Of a DNA stretch of 64,000 nt, positions 60,902 through 64,000 are shown piece after piece. The DNA is from Clostridia bacterium (GTDB lineage Bacteria > Bacillota > Clostridia > Christensenellales > Borkfalkiaceae), in contig JAJQAK010000185.1 in assembly GCA_021203845.1 (NCBI GenBank), positions 1,731-65,730 on the forward strand. Reading direction: 5' to 3'. Numbering within the stretch: position 1 is the first letter of the stretch; each line of letters begins with the position of its first letter. Below the pieces are notes generated by a model. It saw only the letters and a program-made list of their open reading frames with translations. It was not told the DNA's origin and did no database searches. A program made the position numbers and the translations under genes.

Positions 60902-60902
60902 G

Positions 60903-61184
60903 TCACACCTCCATAACCGCCGCGATAACCGTTGCAATCCCGTTTATCGCAAGCCTCATTTCTTCCTCGTCGCCTTTGCGAACGTTGTTATTGAAAAGGT
61001 TGACGATTTCCTCACCGAGTGACTTTGCGTCTGAACAATTCTTAATCGCCTCTTTGAGATACCAAACAAAGTCATCCATGAATCCGTACGCCGCCCCACA
61101 AACCCCAAAATCTTCTTCTTTTTCAGTGCAAAGCTCCGAGATTTCAGTCATTTCCCAATTCGTTATGTTTCCAAGTTTCGCCAT
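60903..61184 (-). CDS. Hypothetical early protein
   Basis: 93-aa ORF, first gene behind cassette 5. Confidence 0.55.
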   Translation of the reverse strand: MAKLGNITNWEMTEISELCTEKEEDFGVCGAAYGFMDDFVWYLKEAIKNCSDAKSLGEEIVNLFNNNVRKGDEEEMRLAINGIATVIAAVMEV

Positions 61185-61283
61185 ATTTCACCTCTCAAAT
61201 CTCTATTCCCGTGGGAGTTTCAAGCACCTTCGCTCTCCCCCTCATCACATCTATATGTTACCATATTTCATGCCTCTTGTCAA
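61185..61283 (-). promoter_or_regulatory. Early promoter-leader cassette 5
   Basis: The -35 TTGACA is at 61283-61278 and the -10 TGGTAACAT at 61260-61255. It carries the box ATAGATGTGATGAGGGGGAGAG and ...GATTTGAGAGGTGAAATATG. Confidence 0.7.
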
Positions 61284-61330
61284 TAGTTTTTTGCAAAATA
61301 TTTGCGTTTTCTGAAAAATATTTTTTTCCA

Positions 61331-61364
61331 CAATAAGAAAAGACCCACGAATTTCTTGCGGGCC
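61331..61364 (-). terminator. Candidate terminator GGCCCGC-loop-GUGGGUC-UUUUCUUAUUG
   Basis: A 7-bp stem with two G-U pairs on the minus RNA (61364-61358 and 61348-61342) and a U-tract at 61341-61335, after the stop at 61407. Confidence 0.5.
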
Positions 61365-61406
61365 TTCCCTATGTTTTGAGAGGTTAAAGTATAATCATAT
61401 TTGTTG

Positions 61407-61649
61407 TCACTTCTCGGCCATCTCGACCAAATGTATCTTGGTAAGAAATTCACAAAACGTTACGACTGCATCGTGCATATCTTCAAAATACAAACCAATC
61501 AGGTCGTCATCCTTGCTAAAATCTGTTTTGTTGTATTTTATGTCATATGTCGCGTATGTCCTCCCGTTCGGGAATTTGAACTTCACGAACTTCGAGCCAT
61601 CCTCCCACACCGCGGCCAATGCGCAATCGAGTTTAACTATGTACTCCAT
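61407..61649 (-). CDS. Hypothetical early protein
   Basis: 80-aa ORF. Confidence 0.55.
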   Translation of the reverse strand: MEYIVKLDCALAAVWEDGSKFVKFKFPNGRTYATYDIKYNKTDFSKDDDLIGLYFEDMHDAVVTFCEFLTKIHLVEMAEK

Positions 61650-61657
61650 AATTCACC

Positions 61658-61915
61658 TCACATAAGTCCGGTTTCTTTGAGTTCTTCGATGAACTCCATA
61701 CAGGTCTTTTTGAACTCTTCGATACGTTCTGCTGTAAATATTTCAGGAAGATACTCCGAAAATATGAGCTCCCCGTTTCTATATGTGGCAATAAACCCGC
61801 TCGCCGCCCCGGTGAATATAACGTTATCATCCGTTTCCCGTCCGGGATGCGGAGTTCCAAAATGCATCGTGGCCACAACTCCGCCATCCAGTCTTGCTGT
61901 CAACGCGTGCTTCAT
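61658..61915 (-). CDS. Hypothetical early protein
   Basis: 85-aa ORF. Confidence 0.55.
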   Translation of the reverse strand: MKHALTARLDGGVVATMHFGTPHPGRETDDNVIFTGAASGFIATYRNGELIFSEYLPEIFTAERIEEFKKTCMEFIEELKETGLM

Positions 61916-62187
61916 TTCTCGCCTCCTATGTCTACAGGGTTTTCTTCGTGGAGTTCATTCCACTTGTCCTGTATTTGATAGATATTGAGTCCCTTTATTT
62001 CTTCCGCAGGTAAATCGTTGTAAGTTACCACGCTCTTGTACCCATGCCTCTTTTCTGCCGGAGTGAGGTACTCGTCATTGTTGCGAGCCTCACTTATCGC
62101 CTCGTTCTTATCCTTCCCGAAGTAAAGCACGAAACGCTCATTGTCCTCATTGATTTCATACGCCTTGTAATACCTTATCATTTCCAT
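61912..62187 (-). CDS. Hypothetical early protein
   Basis: 91-aa ORF with a 4-nt overlap with the next gene. Confidence 0.55.
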   Translation of the reverse strand: MEMIRYYKAYEINEDNERFVLYFGKDKNEAISEARNNDEYLTPAEKRHGYKSVVTYNDLPAEEIKGLNIYQIQDKWNELHEENPVDIGGEK

Positions 62188-62200
62188 ACTGTTCCCCTCC

Positions 62201-62443
62201 TTATGCCGCGTCTCGCATCATTGTAAGATAATTTGAAATGGGGTACATGAACTCGCTTCTGTTGCGTCTGTTCGTCCAGTAAATCATAAGCTCCTTCAAG
62301 TCCACCCTTGCCACGAGCCTGTCTCCGCGCCCCCTGTTGACAAAGAACATGAGGTTGTCTTGGGGGTTTTGGGTTTCCCCCTCGACGGCATACCTGACCT
62401 TCATGTCATAGATTCCCAAATATTCACTGTCCATAAATTCCAT
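62201..62443 (-). CDS. Hypothetical early protein
   Basis: 80-aa ORF. Confidence 0.55.
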   Translation of the reverse strand: MEFMDSEYLGIYDMKVRYAVEGETQNPQDNLMFFVNRGRGDRLVARVDLKELMIYWTNRRNRSEFMYPISNYLTMMRDAA

Positions 62444-62455
62444 ACCGTCACCTCC

Positions 62456-62782
62456 TCAAGCCACGAAATCCGCAACCTTGCCATTGCCGCAGTAGAGGTC
62501 TCTCTCTATCGCAGGCATTACCATGCGTCCGAATCTTACGTGTATCTCCTCAAGTTGCTCCTGAGTGAAGTACCCATACTCCCAGCCGTGTCCGAACTCT
62601 GCGAGCCCATAGAACTCGTATTTGCCGTTTTCGAGCTTATTTCCCTCAAGCACGAGCCATGTCCCAACTCCGTACGGATTGAAGTACTTTACAAGTACCT
62701 CAGCGTCGTTCCCCTTTCCATCCTGCGAGTAAATCGGATGTTTTGCCAACTTTTTCTCAATCTCTTTCGTCATCAACTTCAT
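62456..62782 (-). CDS. DUF2958-like protein (family common on conjugative elements and in anti-restriction contexts)
   Basis: ATG at 62782 (MKLMTKEIEKKLAKHPIYSQDGKGNDAEVLVKYFNPYGVGTWLVLEG...FYGLAEFGHGWEYGYFTQEQLEEI) follows GGGAGGTGACGAT. Confidence 0.6.
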   Translation of the reverse strand: MKLMTKEIEKKLAKHPIYSQDGKGNDAEVLVKYFNPYGVGTWLVLEGNKLENGKYEFYGLAEFGHGWEYGYFTQEQLEEIHVRFGRMVMPAIERDLYCGNGKVADFVA

Positions 62783-62798
62783 ATCGTCACCTCCCAAA

Positions 62799-63110
62799 TC
62801 AATAGTTATGCCATTCATCGGCAAGGTTGTCAAGCATTACTTGAGCCTCCCTCTTTTTCCCGCCGAAAATCGCACCGAGAACTTTTCTTATCTCATTTTC
62901 CGCATTGCGAACGCGGTCAAAAGTGTACATATCAACACGCCCATAATCACACCAGTCGGCAACCTTGTACATTTGATTGAGTACCCACTTCTCCGCACGA
63001 AGCTCACCGGCTTTCACCTTCGCATAAATCACATTGACCTGCCTACGAGTCACATCGGTTTCAGTCCAATGAGCAACCTTATCACCAACCCTACATTCTA
63101 CATCCTTCAT
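62799..63110 (-). CDS. Hypothetical early protein
   Basis: ATG at 63110 (MKDVECRVGDK) follows TTGAGAGGTGAGCGT. Confidence 0.6.
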   Translation of the reverse strand: MKDVECRVGDKVAHWTETDVTRRQVNVIYAKVKAGELRAEKWVLNQMYKVADWCDYGRVDMYTFDRVRNAENEIRKVLGAIFGGKKREAQVMLDNLADEWHNY

Positions 63111-63200
63111 ACGCTCACCTCTCAAATATCTTTTCTCTTTCGGAGGTTCCCTTCCCCCTCATCACATCTATATTATAGCATCTCCCATCCCTCTTGTCAA
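63111..63200 (-). promoter_or_regulatory. Early promoter-leader cassette 6
   Basis: The -35 TTGACA is at 63200-63195 and the -10 TGCTATAAT at 63177-63172. It carries the box ATAGATGTGATGAGGGGGAAGG and ...GATATTTGAGAGGTGAGCGTATG. Confidence 0.75.
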
Positions 63201-63253
63201 TAGTTTCACGCAAGTTTTTTTTAAATATTTTCAAATTATTTTCTTGAAATATG

Positions 63254-63282
63254 TTGACATCTGCAAGTGTGTATGATAGAAT
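63254..63282 (+). promoter_or_regulatory. Plus-strand consensus promoter TTGACA-17-TGATAGAAT, the only one seen on this strand
   Basis: The -35 is at 63254-63259 and the -10 at 63277-63282, with an extended TG at 63274-63275. It sits back-to-back with cassette 6, with about 54 nt between the two -35 boxes. Confidence 0.6.
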
Positions 63283-63288
63283 GGTTAT

Positions 63289-63375
63289 ATCAAAACAGAT
63301 TACACGACAATCTCAAATATCTATTTTTCTATCACAAAAGAACGCCCTCGGTTGAAATGACCGGGGTGCTCTTTA
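63289..63375 (+). ncRNA. Candidate ~85-nt sRNA with a 12-nt seed complementary to the early-leader RBS region
   Basis: It would start about 7 nt after the -10. It contains UCUCAAAUAUCU (63311-63322). It ends at the hairpin CCUCGG/CCGGGG (63346-63351 and 63361-63366) followed by UGCUCUUU. The extent is inferred, not measured. Confidence 0.35.
63340..63374. terminator. Hairpin usable in both orientations
   Basis: On the minus RNA it reads CCCCGG-loop-CCG(A)GGG followed by CGUUCUUUUGUG, after the stop at 63418. On the plus RNA it is a 6-bp stem with one G-U pair followed by UGCUCUUU. Confidence 0.4.
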
Positions 63376-63417
63376 CAACAAATAAAAGGAGCTATATATA
63401 TGACATACGGAGGTAGG

Positions 63418-63711
63418 TCACCGTATGGATATAATGCATTTTAAATGGCCGTTCTCATCCGTGTAGTATCTCGGCACAAGCTCGCCGGTTTCGTTTAAAA
63501 AAGCATCCATAGCTTTCCGAGAACTCAACAACTCGTCAAACAACGCCTTATAGTATAGTTTCTCCGCCTGCCTACCCGTAAGTTTTCCGGGCTTTACTTT
63601 TATAGATGTTTGCGGATTTACGCACAGAAAACCACCTTCGTAAAGACGCTTCAATATCGTCCATGCGCCTTGGTGATATATCTCTTTGCCTTGAGAGTTC
63701 AACTCGTCCAT
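63418..63711 (-). CDS. Hypothetical protein
   Basis: 97-aa ORF downstream of the methyltransferase. Confidence 0.55.
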   Translation of the reverse strand: MDELNSQGKEIYHQGAWTILKRLYEGGFLCVNPQTSIKVKPGKLTGRQAEKLYYKALFDELLSSRKAMDAFLNETGELVPRYYTDENGHLKCIISIR

Positions 63712-63715
63712 GTCT

Positions 63716-64000
63716 CTAATTAACCCACTTAATTATCGGGTCACCGCGGAAACCCTTCTCCCATACATACCAACCGAAAGCCATCGCACTATTCCCGTAC
63801 TTCACAAAGTCACCGTTTTTCGCGGCTTGTATACGGGACGAGCATACATACAGCGTCCTAAACGGCTGATTGTCGAACAATTCTCTCCGCTCCTTGCTTT
63901 CCAAAAAGGTGAGCTTCAAAAACATGGCAAGTTTCCCACCATCGGGAAGTAGATTCAACCCATGCTCTATGAACTGTCGTGCTATCTTGTACGGGGGATT
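63716..64000 (-). CDS. DNA N6-adenine methyltransferase, C-terminal part (gene continues past the right edge)
   Basis: The frame stays open to nt 64000. The reverse complement of 63959-64000 reads NPPYKIARQFIEHG (catalytic motif IV NPPY), followed by LNLLPDGGKLAMFLKLTFLE.... The 'M' in the track is an internal TTG. Confidence 0.65.
   Translation of the reverse strand, partial: NPPYKIARQFIEHGLNLLPDGGKLAMFLKLTFLESKERRELFDNQPFRTLYVCSSRIQAAKNGDFVKYGNSAMAFGWYVWEKGFRGDPIIKWVN

Noticed and set aside
53239-63200. The repeated ~100-nt intergenic elements as a possible CRISPR array or MITE-like mobile repeat.
   Set aside because: The copies are 1-3 kb apart and separated by coding genes. They are all oriented with the genes, and each contains a complete -35/-10/RBS/ATG. 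They are promoter-leader cassettes, not CRISPR repeats, and no terminal inverted repeats or target-site duplications were seen.
63400-63444. A 14-codon plus-strand ORF (MTYGGRSPYGYNAF) with a strong RBS.
   Set aside because: It was not listed as a CDS. It is too short to evaluate, and it would be expressed only if the hairpin at 63346-63374 is read through. It is kept as an alternative under the sRNA finding.

Overview
The window is a contiguous stretch of a tailed-phage or prophage genome with contractile-tail (myovirus-like) architecture. The GGAGG-type RBSs and TTGACA-17-TATAAT promoters fit a Firmicutes-like host. Essentially all real genes are on the minus strand, so transcription runs from high to low coordinates. 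In that direction the order is: (1) a DNA adenine methyltransferase with an NPPY motif, cut by the right edge. (2) A ~10 kb early region (63.2-53 kb) of small genes in six units, each behind a near-identical promoter-plus-leader cassette; it includes DUF2958-like, tandem Lar-like and ArdC-like anti-restriction genes. (3) From 51.8 to 21.7 kb, a block where ParB-like, small and large terminase and portal genes sit inside an array of 13 genes. These 13 share one ~70-aa N-terminal module fused to different cargos: HExxH metallopeptidases, ADP-ribosyltransferases (ARTs), a zeta-toxin-like kinase, a NUDIX domain, clamp-like repeats and unknowns. One copy lies inside a 1620-aa portal-NUDIX-module-ART fusion. 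This array is my candidate for the undescribed system: a tagged, probably capsid-delivered effector arsenal. (4) MuF-like minor head protein, acidic scaffold, major capsid, connectors, sheath, tube, frameshifted chaperones, tape measure, baseplate and fibres (21.3-0 kb). The only convincing plus-strand signal is a consensus promoter at 63254-63282 that could make a small RNA complementary to the conserved early leaders. No integrase, repressor or lysis cassette was recognised. No tRNA or CRISPR array was seen. All family names come from motif recognition by eye; no database search was run.
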